DNA of 64,000 nucleotides, taken from positions 8,375,403 to 8,439,402 of the forward strand of contig CM082587.2 in the NCBI GenBank assembly GCA_040954595.2, written 5' to 3'. Below, in pieces: positions 1 through 11,900 of the stretch; position 1 is the first letter of the stretch, and the number at the start of each line of letters is the position of its first letter. The notes under the pieces were generated by a model. The model was not told where the DNA came from, did not search any database, and was given only the letters and a program-made list of their open reading frames with translations. Source of the stretch: Balanoglossus misakiensis. Its lineage: Eukaryota > Animalia > Hemichordata. The position numbers and the translations under genes were made by a program.

Positions 1-112
1 GTGTATTGAAGTTGGTAAACCCCTAACCCTGTGTCAGTGATGACAATGTGACCCCCTAGCCTTCTGTTAGAGATGCTGGCGTGAAACGGATTATGGCCCA
101 TTTTCCCACTAC

Positions 113-640
113 ATGTATTTGGACAGAACCCATGGAGAGGAACTACTGTTTAATTCCGAACAACTAAAAAAAATTCACAAAATAGAAGGAAATTTCATAT
201 GCGCAACCGCAACAAATCTGAGACAGATTCTTCGGATGAAGAGACAGAACCACGAAGACTGTACAACACATGCAAGAGAGGTTTTGGTAATAGAAATGCT
301 CAGAAAAACCAAAGAAACATTTAGATAGGTTGGCTAGATTATGACTTTTCTCTGGGCTGTTATAAGCAAGTTCATTCTAAATCAGGTGGTGCAACTAGGG
401 GTGTTATTGTTGGAAAACATAGTACCAAGTTGGATTTGCTAGAAGGTTCAAAGGGGCAATTTTTGCAAATGGTATTTCACCAAAAGGCAGCAGTCAAAAA
501 TTTGATTTTGACATACAGGAAATAGCACAAAATACCCTTGACAGCAATTCCACAGTTGGCCAAATATGTATAAGTATTCGTCCTCGGTTGATATCATGGA
601 CATCGCCTCGGTAGTCATATGATATTTGACATACACAACG
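113..640 (+). pseudogene. Degenerate ORF remnant, probably transposon-associated (GW..Y..V....GG.TR / FF.NG.SPKG motif)
   Basis: Reading across a stop and frameshifts gives GWLDYDFSLGCYKQVHSKSGGATR...KLDLLE...ANGISPKGSSQKFDFD. From recall, this resembles N-terminal regions of invertebrate and fish repeat-borne G2E3-like ORFs; not verified. Confidence 0.3.
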
Positions 641-1699
641 AGTGAGACATCCCTTCACCGACAATACAGTGGTCGAAAATCTTTTATGTTAACTTTAAAA
701 ATGGTTTGGTCCCACTGACAGAAGGATTGATTATTCAACGTTTTGCACCTGGGATGAATATATTACCAAACTCAACCAATTACTGCTTAGTAATCAGTTA
801 ACATGCAATGTTGCTTACGATTTTATTGGCTGTGCATATTTTACACGTGCACTAGTATAAATGCATGGCCACGTATCACATTTGTCTTCCTGGTCAACGT
901 GTCATAGTCAGCATGGTGAAAGAAGTGTATCAAGGGATTAATGAGTAAAGAAGAAATGGTTAATATGCAGTCTGACATATCACCTGTACTGTACTCCTCC
1001 TTTAGGTTTATCAACTACAAAATGCCATCTTCCACACAAGGGAACGGAGGGGGGCCTGTTATATGGCAATGGAAGGCATACCTATAGGCTAGAAAAGAGG
1101 ATGAATGTAGTGTTATGCAAATTAGCTGTCTCTCCTGGTTTCCAAGCCGTGGACAACACTGCAAACCATTTACAATTCACATCATGACCTATACTTAATA
1201 TGTATTTTTATTGGTTAACTCTGATGGGTTTTGAACACTGTGAGCAGCACCATCCAGCAAATGGGAACAGTTAATAAATGTTTTTCTACTAACATTGTAA
1301 GCTGCTGGACTTTTCTTTCAAGAGGAAAAAAATGTAGGGTCCTTGTGTTGGAATTACAGTTTGTCAGGCTACTGGAAACACTTTATTCCTGAGTTCAAGC
1401 CACCACCCACATTCCCAATATAACATCTAATACTGATGATAATATATGGGATGTTGTGTGTCAAATTCCAGGTACTCCAGTTATTTAATCCAACCACGTC
1501 AGTGATGAAGTGTTCTTCAGTGGCCTTGCAGAGAAGGTAGAATTGGAAAGTACATATGGCTAACAATAATCCAAATACTGCCATTGAAGCAACCCAACAG
1601 TACGTCACAGATGAAGGGTTGTTCAACTACATCAAGAACAATGTTAACTCATGAAAAGGCAATTGCGATAAACCACAGAGAAGAAGTGATAATGAGCAG

Positions 1700-2190
1700 T
1701 TGCATGAACATAGGAAATAAAGGTTAACAGCATCAAAAATGCATGGTATCCATCGCTCTGTTGAAAGAAATGGTTTTAAACCGTCCAGATCAATAATGGC
1801 ATCAGTAAAGGGCAAGAGTACATTCAGAAAAGCAAATCCACCATTGGCCATCAAATGGGGGAAAGAGAAGGAAGACGTCGCAGTCCAGATGTACCAGAAA
1901 GCCATACCAACCCACCACAAAAACTTGGTTGTCACCAGATGTGGGTTGACTGCCCCTGTAGGAGCTGACTCACATCTTGGTGTATCCCCAGACAGGATTG
2001 CCAACTGTGAGAACTGTGAGTGCTGTGTGACAGTGTCATTGAGTGCAAGTGTCCATACAGTGCCAGAGAATTGCCTCACCTCAGCAGGCTGTTGGACAGA
2101 CAATCAAGTACATATATCTATGCAGTAACGGTGACTACAGCTTGGTACCAACACATCAATACTACACACCCAGATGGTACAAGTGTTTTT
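1700..2190 (+). pseudogene. YqaJ-like (lambda-exonuclease family) domain remnant, DNA-transposon derived
   Basis: Motifs RLTASKMHGI, AIKWGKEKEDVAVQMY, CGL, HLGVSPD and, after a frameshift, VIECKCPY match YqaJ motifs (RxTAS, WG..xE..A, GaSPDg, ExKCP). The frame is disrupted. Confidence 0.75.
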
Positions 2191-2514
2191 TGTTTTTTTA
2201 AGAATTAAATATTATTACAAGCCCAGATGGGTGTTTTCAGTATTGAAGTGTGTGATTTTGTTGTGTATACCAGGCTTGGTTTACTTGTCAACAGACAACC
2301 AGCCAATCGTGATCAGACAAGAAGGGAACGACGTCGTAAATATCAGCCGGAGCGAGCTGGAAGACCTGGCCCGGTCAATCAACGCCACCGGGCGAGCTCG
2401 AGAGCCCGAACCAGAATCGCCAGACCCAGACATCACCGTCATCGGCCACACCACAGCTCAACCAGGTAACATTCAAAAGCCCCACAACGAGAAAAACAAT
2501 ATGCCGAGTAGTGG

Positions 2515-2880
2515 CAGGCAAATTTCTGTTTTCAAGTATGGCTTGATTGTAAATCCATCTACCGGTATGCCCTGGTGTGGTACATCACCTGACGCCAAAG
2601 TAATTGATAAACAAAGTGGTGTTGGTAATTTAGCAGAAATAAAATGCACATATTATGCATACGGCAATATTAGTCATATAGATGCGTGAAATGACAAACA
2701 GTTTTATTGAGAAATAGATGGTGTTCCTAATGTTTTAAAAGCATCGCAATTACTCTTATCAGGTTCAAGGCATATGTAATGTGTTTGGTGTGACTTTATT
2801 TTATACATAAATAAAGGTCTGCTGATTGGGAGTCAATGGAGGGGGAAATTGGCTTGTTTTTAGAAGACATATTTTATTCC
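2515..2880 (+). pseudogene. Second YqaJ-like exonuclease remnant (C-terminal half)
   Basis: YGLIVNPSTGMPWCGTSPDAKV...AEIKCTY, followed in broken frames by NYSYQVQG and WCDFILY, which are typical YqaJ C-terminal motifs. Confidence 0.7.
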
Positions 2881-3385
2881 TAAGCAGTGTCTTTTTTTTT
2901 TAGGGGAATGTGGTAGATTCCCAATTTTCTCAGTTATAAAAAGGTATTATCATATTGGTATAAACTTCTTAATATGCCCCAAAACAAAATTGCAAAGCAT
3001 GCAAGAGTCTGACGTCAGAGAAGTCAATCACTTACGTTGACCGACTACTGATTGGCCGTTGATGGCATGGTCATGTAGCTCCGCCCCGAATGATACATAA
3101 TCATGATCACGTGGTGACGCTTGACGTCAGATTGCTCAGTTGGAGACTATTCACATTCAAATTACCATTTTTATGGCCTTACTAGATTTTGGTTAGGCGT
3201 TCCTAGACGGTAGTAGGGTGAATGCGACTACGAACGGATAGATTCTAGACTAAGGCCAAATAGGCATATGTAATGTGTCTTGGTGTGACTTTATTTTACA
3301 CATAAATAAAGATCTGCTGATTGGGAGTCAATGGTGGAAAACAGGGTTTGTTTTAATTTTATAGGACATATTTTGTTCCTAGTGG
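2769..3385. repeat. ~115-bp direct duplication (2769-2885 and 3263-3385)
   Basis: ggcatatgtaatgtgt..tggtgtgactttatttta.acataaataaag.tctgctgattgggagtcaatgg occurs twice. Confidence 0.85.
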
Positions 3386-4291
3386 AATTGTTGTACAATT
3401 GTGATAAAGATGTAGTGCACAGTTAAAATGATAGCTTTTGTAAATCTAGCTGCAAATAAAACTGCTAATGTACTAGCAGTAATGCATTCAGTTTTTTTCT
3501 CCTCAGAAGACTCTGACAACACCCTTGACAACAATGACAAGAAGCTCATTGCCGAAAACAAAAGCTGTAGACATTAGCATAACAAAATGTGATGTCGATA
3601 TCACTCATCATATTAGCACAAGGGAAAAAACAGGCCACAAGAGCAGAACCAGACCTAACAACACCGACCCATCATTATACGTTTCAACAACAGGTGAGCC
3701 AGAAACAACAGGTACAGCAAGAAGAGAAATGAACGTAACACAACAGCCAGAAATTATGGATTCAATGACAACAGCAGGATTTACATCAATGAAAACCTTA
3801 CACAAAGAAGAAAATTGCCCAGCTGGATAGTTAAGTTCAGAAAGTCGCTGCTCCTAGGGGCAATGAGCCTCATCTGCAGGGCAAAAACTGAAAACAGACC
3901 TAGTACTGTATCTGCCGTGGACCAGACACGGGAGAACTTACATTCCAGTGTGACAGCTGTTACGACTGGTTCCATGGCGCATGCGTCAGACTAGACTTAC
4001 CCCAAAGCGAGCAAATTCAGCCGTTCCCTTCCACTTCCTAAATTGCGAACGGGAGACCGCTGAGGATTAAGGGAGCACATGGGAAGGGAGAAAAATTCCA
4101 CCAGGTGGGGCTATAACGCGTCGTACAGACGAGGAACCTTTAAGACCGTCCAATAACGACCCTGACTGATGATCCCGAAGATATGCTGAGCATATTCACG
4201 GATCCCGAGCAGGACAGGCAAGTAATGGGTTATGCCAGGCCTGGGGTACACCCAAGAGTGCAGTGCATAAGGACAAGAAGAAGACCTGGCA

Positions 4292-4570
4292 ATGGATGTC
4301 TCTGAGAGTACGGAGCCGCCAATAAGTAACCAGTGCCTTGAGGAAGGAAATCTTCGTCCATTTCCGAAGATTATTTCCTCAACATCCACACGAAAGAAAA
4401 GAAGCAAGGTGGTAGTCGTCAAACAGAGCTGCCAGATGTGTGTATTTCCAGAAGTCTACAGCAATATGGTGGAATGCACCAGATGTGAACAATGGTTTCA
4501 CTTCAAGTGTGTCAATATAGGAGCAGACATACCACCTTCATGGAAGTGCACATTATGTGGCAAAGAATGA
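4292..4570 (+). pseudogene. PHD finger ORF, probably a transposon remnant
   Basis: CQMC...VECTRCEQWFHFKCV...WKCTLC fits the C4HC3 PHD pattern. It lies among YqaJ remnants and has no clear host-gene context. Confidence 0.65.
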
Positions 4571-5242
4571 AGATGTACATCAAAAAGGCCAACGGAACAG
4601 TAACATGTTTCATCACTTTGCAATTAGAGGCATTAACTTTGTTAGCATGAAAACAACGGTTATTCTTTGCTTAGTTTAAATTTATATCAAAAGCCGAAGC
4701 ACTGATTGTTATCATTATGCATATAATGAATGTTCATAAGAAAGTAATTAAAAGAGTTCGTGACAGAAGTGACCATCTCATTCGATACTGTCAGAGAAAA
4801 AAGAACAGCTAAAGAAGAGGATTGGTTGAATCTGACCCCACCTCCCCGGCCCTTGGGTGCTTCGCTGAATAACATAGCCGCAAACGATATCCCGTACTCC
4901 AATACTTACAACTATAGGCTATATTATTGAGTGAAGTAATGACGCTTTATATATAATATTTTCAGGGGCCTCAATCAAAACACAAATTTATTGGTGCATG
5001 AAGCAAACAAATCGTATATCACGGAGAGAGGGGACAGCGAAGAAACTAGTCAAGAGGCTTGTCAGCTGTCGAGGCAACTACTTGACAATATCGTCAAGCA
5101 TTATCAGGTAATGTTTAAAATTTGTATTTTTTGTCTGGCTCATTGAAAGTAGATGTGGCGTAAATATGATACATATCTGAGATATAAAACAGATACGATA
5201 CAATATGTAAGAGCTACATAATAGAATGTTGACAATGATCAT

Positions 5243-5460
5243 ATTTTTAGCTCTACTGTCACTTGTGCCAGCCGAGCTGTAGCAGTAGGTTGATAAGTGT
5301 CCGTCCGTCGTCCGTCAACTTTTGGTATTTCAATCTTCTTCTTTGAAACAACTTGGCAAGGATACACACTACGTCGAGAGTTACAACAACGTGGTTCTGG
5401 TCTACACAGATAAAAGAGTAGTGTTTGGAAATTATAAATATCTGCTTAGGAGTGAAATGG
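5243..5460. mobile_element. Probable non-autonomous Helitron2/Helentron-type (HINE-like) fragment
   Basis: Begins tttttagctc with a short hairpin, then a tccgtccgtcgtccgtc microsatellite and tcttcttctttgaaac, a layout typical of such elements. Family assignment is from recall. Confidence 0.45.
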
Positions 5461-6137
5461 CATGTCTGGACTGGGTATGTATACCTATAATCATGCATCA
5501 AATGTTGACCCTCTGGGAAATCACAGAGAAATCAATAAATCACACTGATTGAATTTTCTGGGGTTTTTTGCCTGACGTGTATTGGAGCAATATATCATAC
5601 ATGTCAACGAAGAATATTGCTAAATTCATGACAAAAATTTTAGGCCTCCAGCTAGCAAACTATATACGGTACATTTGAATATTGCTTTCAAATAGTTTTG
5701 AAATATCATGATATACCGTAGTATTGACAACACATGATATCTCTTTACAGAATGGAAATGTTGATAGGCCGGCAACATCAGAACCAGATTATAGACGACC
5801 AAGGAGACAGACTGGCCGCAAAACTCTGACAAAAAAGAAGTCACAGTGGAAAATGGATTTATGGAAAGACTTCATGGAACATATTGTTGCTGATAACTGA
5901 ATTCGATATACCGGTATATGGCAATTTTATATAAATTTGACAGATGTTTGCGAAAAAAAACTCCTGTAAAAGTCGAAACTAAAATATAATACAACAATTT
6001 ATTTTCCTTCATAAGAATCGCCTATTTGTGTACTCCAGACTGCCATTCCAGCATAGGATTGGACTCGCTCCTCAAAGGTGTGATCTTACACGAAGGAACA
6101 TTGAAAACTGACTCTATAGTGCTATGCTTATACTCAG

Positions 6138-6461
6138 AGTAAATGTGCTGTTTGCCAGCGATATTTTTGTACAATCTTGGCATACAGAAGATACATTCGC
6201 TTGTCACACGGAAACCGCCACATCTACCACTGCCATGAGTGCAACAGGTTGGCCTTTCTCAGGAAACAGGATCTGCTATTCAACAGAAGAAGGCGGCGCC
6301 CCAAAAGGCTGTGCAAGAAGAGTTTAGAAAGCAGTAGTAAACTTGGGAGAGTAGATTGTAATCTGACAAATGAAACTAGAAAGGAAGTGTCACAGCTGAT
6401 GCGACTTCTTAGAACATACACAATTCCCGACACATTCATTGAGAATCTCTTCAAAAGTTAG
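6138..6461 (+). pseudogene. Degenerate tandem C2H2 zinc fingers
   Basis: In frame: SKCAVCQRYFCTILAYRRYIRLSH, then YHCHECNRLAFLRKQDLLFNRRRR. The CxxC..F spacing is kept but several His ligands are lost. Confidence 0.5.
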
Positions 6462-6589
6462 AACTTGCATGAACTCTCAAAACTTAAGCAAAATTCACCA
6501 ATCTCATTATGACCAAGTTTCAGTAGTTTTTATTTTTTCCCTGTATTTTACATTTCTGAAAATTTTTTCGGTATATGAATGTTCCTTGC

Positions 6590-7560
6590 AATCTGCAACA
6601 GCATGAAAATATTCTCTGTACTGTTAATAAAGTATAATGTCTGCTCCTAATTCTGCAAAATGTGTCATACTAAAAATGTTATACCATTAGTGAAATTATG
6701 ACTAATAATAAAATGCCATTCTCTCCCCTCGTTATGTATTACAGCTGTTAATGAAATGATATTCCCATTCCTATCTTTGTACTGGTACTAATATAAGTAA
6801 AATGTTACTTATACGCTTATCTCAAGCATAGTACTGGTATTAAAACTGGTAGTACAATGCCATGCCCATCCCCTTGCTGTGTTAATTGATAATAAAGTGT
6901 CCTACCCTCCCCTTGTTCTGTACTGTTGCTGGTAATAAAACGTTATGATAATCCCTCATTGTACTAATATTTAACTGTAAGTACAATATCATGCACATCC
7001 TTTGCTTTTTAGTAAAATGCCATGCCTTCCCCTAGTTCTGTACTATAACTGTTAGTCACATGTCATGTCCAACACTCACTTTGTACTATAAGTTTATAAT
7101 ACCAATAATATAAATGTCATGCCCTCCCTGCTTCTCTATAGTTGTTAATAAAATGCTACTCCCACCCCAAGGGTTGTACTGGTACTTGAACTGTTAGTAA
7201 AATATCATGCCCATGTTCTTTGTTATGAACTGAAATGTTTAGGCTAATCAACTGTAATGCTCAATGTACTTGGTTAAGTAAAATGTCTGCCAATGTCTTG
7301 CCTAGTTCTACAACTCATAATAAAATGCCATGCCCTCCCCTAGTTCCGCACTGTAGGGGTCAATAAACCGTATTATCTGGCCACCCCTAGCTCTTAAGTT
7401 GATCGTATGCCATGCCGAAACCTAGTTCTGTATTGTGACTTAGAGCTTAGATGGTCCTATCATGGAGGTACTAGAGAGAAGCTTATAAAACTTGTGCACA
7501 CTCCAAATAGGCCGAAAATGTCATGTGTACCGACTGATAATAAACTGTCATTTCACCCCA
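6590..7560. repeat. Degenerate tandem repeat, unit about 45-60 bp
   Basis: Recurrent core aataaaatgccatgccctcccctagttctgtact, in many diverged copies. Confidence 0.75.
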
Positions 7561-8930
7561 GCTATGCACTCAAAAAATGACGTGGCATTAAACACTAGAG
7601 GACGTGTACTGATCTGAGTGAATCAGATCCCGTGAGGAGTACGGTGCCCAGAGTACACGTGTCCTAGTAAAGAAATGCCAAATGTTGCTACATCTTCGCG
7701 CTTCGCCCGCCAAGGTCGCCATTGCTCTCCGGAAAATAGGAGACTGCATGTAGTCGAGCGAGCACGTGCGAACGGACGATGGTTTTGCTACCGTCGACGA
7801 GGCGAATTAAGAGACAGCACTAATACTAGTATCTGTAACGACTATCACACAAAAACTGCAAAAATAGACTAAGTCGGAGGAGACTTTAGACGACGTGTTA
7901 TCTTCACCGAGGAGCCATTTGTATCTGAATTTGCATACCAGAGAGCTATGCCTCCCAGCCTCGTTCGCGGATGACCTGTTCGTTGTAATACATGTGATGG
8001 ACCACGGGGCGTGTAACTAGTATTTAAGGTAAATTGCCTTTAAAAATACATACTCAGGTGCCAAACCAGCACCGCGTACCAACATACAGATATCGACGTT
8101 ACTAATACATGGCCGTTCTACCACGTATACCTATATTTTCTGAAAATATATTTTGTCATATGCATGTAAAAGAAATTCGCTCGCCGAAACCTGCATTGCG
8201 CCCTCACGAAAAAGATTGTCGAACCAAGAGAAAGAGCGCCCCCATAAGTTGTGTAACTTGAAAAACCATGGAAATAAAGATTTAACTCAAAAATAAAAAT
8301 TTCACCTGGGAAAAATAATTTATTTAAAAAAATAAACTCTCTCTTAAAAAATTAAAGCATAATTTTATCTCAAGTTGTTACAGTTTATTTAAAAAAATAC
8401 TTTTTCGAAAAATAAAATTTGGTTCTCTCTTGTGCGAAAGATTAGTTCATCAAAATTACAGTTGCCTCCACCAAAATTTATATTTAAGATATTGTCTATA
8501 AAAAGTTTAACTTTCAAAAATAATAAATTATTAATTTATTAACCCTGGCGTGTAGGTGCCACCATAATAATTTCACTTCCTCATAGAGTTATCCGAAATG
8601 ACAGGTGTCCTTGCGCTGGGCTTGAATTGTTGAGTACAGAAAACCGGGTCAGTGGGACCGAAGTTGGTAGCCTTATGTAGACTGTATGCGTCTTATACAT
8701 ATGTAAATAGGCCTTAGCAAAGGGGATGTCAGGGTTAGGACACAGTTACGGTCAGAAACACGGCCATTAAATACGTTTTGCATTTTAACAAAGGATTTTA
8801 AGCGTTCATGCAGCGCCAGTGATACTAAGTCAGAGTCGATCTGCGCATCGCGTCGGCAGAGATTAGATAAACCACAGTCCTTCCCTGATACTGCTTATAT
8901 TAGATTACTCATTTTGCAGTCACCCACAAA

Positions 8931-11900
8931 ATGCGATGCCTACTGTCGTATATATCATTTCGCTGCTTAGTTATTGCTTTGTGCGTTGATTATCTGAGGT
9001 TTTCCTGCGTCAAGTCGGAGGCAGTACACAACGATGTGCATAATGAGGCGGAAGAGGATACACTACACGAAGTGGTGGAGTATTTGGTAGACCTGGAAGA
9101 TTCTCACCGACAAAATGGAGAGCCGAACGTAACGATTCCCGCAACTTTAATGGAAACTCTACTGGAAGCGCTGTCGGAAAGGATGAAATGCCCGGAAAAC
9201 CGATCTTGCGCCAGTGTAAGTGAAAGTGCATAGTCTGTATGGTCATGTGGTTGTTATAGTATGCCTAAACTTCGTGATTTTAGCAGTGGGGCTGCAGGTC
9301 CGGAGCCCTATACCACATGTACCACCTCCTGGACTGTCTCAACTTGCTGAGGCTAGGGATATGGGGGAATGACGAAGGGCTAAGGATCTGCAGCTGCAGG
9401 AAGTCTTGCTCAGGACTGCTTCAGAACACACGCACACACCTTGATTGAAAGAAAACAAATATGGCGTCCACGAAACCTTTGCATGTCCAGAATAATAAGG
9501 CTCAGCTATTGATTTCCCACCCTTTTTTTCACTTTCAGTGTGTCCGTGTTGATGACCTATATGATGCGATTGGCGTGTTTCATGGTTTGGAGTTGAGCAA
9601 TGAGGAGTTTGGCGAAGCTGCCGTCGTATTGGTGTATAAGTTTTCACAGTTGGATACCGTGTGCAAAGATCGCAACGAACCGGGTGCAAAACGCAACTCC
9701 ACCGAGATAGTCGATGAAGGCTTGCACCGTGAAAGTTTTGGTACGATCCTTCACAACATAAGTATATATTACGAGCCGTCAAGTTCACAGGTAAGTGAAG
9801 GTTGATTGGAAGGGACGACGTCCACGAAATATTGCGTTTAATTTTAGCCCGAACCCTTCGCAGTTTGCATGTCACCGTGACCGCGCGCGTCGCGCACCCC
9901 GGGGTCGCGCTCTTCTGCCCAGTCGCGTCGCCCGGGGGTCGCGTTGTACCTTGACAATCGATGTGGTACGGGCGCGCGTTGTCGGGGCGCGGGGCACGCC
10001 CCGAAAATACTCTACCGGACCGCCAGGTGGCATTTATCACGAAATCCGACATTTATTGCAGCCGCAGCCCCTCCAGAAAGTTCTTGGAGGAAGTGTGTTG
10101 CAGCTATTAGAATGTCCCAGCGCTTCTTGGATTCTACCATTCTCTGGTGGGGATGGCCAGTGTGGGACGGTGAGAGTTGAGAGTAGTAAAAGAAACAACT
10201 TGATGAAGAAGATCATGATGAAGACGATCGACTAGTCTAGTTGACCTAAACAGAATACAGTATCCATTTTCATGATAATCTGGCTCAGTATTATTGCCTG
10301 ATTACTATTTATATGATTGTTTTCAGTGTTTTGATGTGGACACACTGTTTGACGCTGTTGGACTTGAAGATGGAGTTGCAGCAACTGATCATGAGATTGA
10401 ACAGATATGTACCATTGTGATTTGGAAGTTATTGCAAGGTCATTGCATTGGACCCCCACAAGGACCAAATCCAGCTTCATTTATAGAATCAATATTCCAC
10501 AAATATGGTTCAAATGGAACTATTACAGAAGAAAGTAAGTACTTCAACTGGTTGTATTATCATACTCCTAGCCTCTAGATGTTTCAGAAACTTCCCTAAG
10601 AATTTCACATATTTTTTGAATTTGTGACGTGATTTGACCCGACCTGTGAGTGTACTGCATATGTATGTGACTATTTCAAAACTTTATTTCATTTTCATAA
10701 AGACACACACACATTGTTCTCCCCAGGAGCAATAACAGAGCAGTCACTGCCACTCTGTAATTTTTGGAAAACAATAGAAACTCATTGTTATATCATTGTT
10801 ATGTAAATTAGCCACCACTTCAAGAGAAATTCCTGGGGAGAACACTGCACACACATACATGTAGTTGTTGACCAATTTACCCCATAAACTGATTCGCATC
10901 ATAACCCAAGCGTGAATTAAGTTAAAAGGAAACTGTCACAGCAGAATTCAGGTCACATTTCAAGTGATCCTTTTCTACATAATTGGAGGTATTTTTATGC
11001 AAATTAGCCAATACTTTATGTAAATGAGCCACCACTCTGAGAGAAATTCCTGGGGAGAACAAAGCACACACATACATGTAGTTGTTGACCAATTTACCGT
11101 ATGACCTGTATTTTTATGCAAATTAGCCAAAACTCTATCAGAAATTCATGAAGAGAAAACTGTGCAACTTTAAATTCTCAAATAAATAAAAAATAAATAA
11201 ATATTACACTGTACAGTCAAAGTAACAGCCAAATGTTTCATTAAATTTCCAAATGTGACTGTTTTTTCTGGCAGGTTTTGATGAACTCCTGGAGAAACTT
11301 GGAATTGGCAGCAATGACGGTGAGCATACGGAAGAAATGGCAGAAGATGATGGACATGCACACAGGAGAGATGTCGATCAACGTCAGAAACGCCACACAG
11401 AAGATGAAACTCATTATCACCATGGTGATGAAATTGTTCATGCAGAGGAAGATGATCACCATGGCGATGACGAAGATCATCATGAGGAACATGAGAATAA
11501 TGTAAGTTTAGAGACACATGCATGTTCAGTAATTTCTGACAAAAAACCACAGTGTATTTTGATATCACAAATCACCATCAAAGCGGTTCATCTTTATATT
11601 TGATATTTGGTACAAATAGGTCCTTGACAATCAGTTCCTTCTTAGTGGCTTGACAGGTTACTTGTCTGCTTCAATTAATGTCAATATATGAAAAATGTTG
11701 AAAGTTTACAGTATGTTCACGTTGTGTACTTCATAGAAAACAAAGAGTTTACCAATCACTGGGTGTCAATATTCAAATTACACAAAATGTTACTAGGCCA
11801 CCATGTTCAAAACTTCCATAACACGTCTCAAGCATTTGTTGACTGACTGAAAATTTGCTACCACAGTGCTACAGTGGAGAGACAATATTGAGTGCCTATG

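Noticed and set aside
9339-10235. GC-rich overlapping ORFs (237, 146 and 78 aa)
   Set aside because: They lie antisense to or inside ZIP introns, arise from a CpG-rich repeat remnant, and show no recognisable domain.
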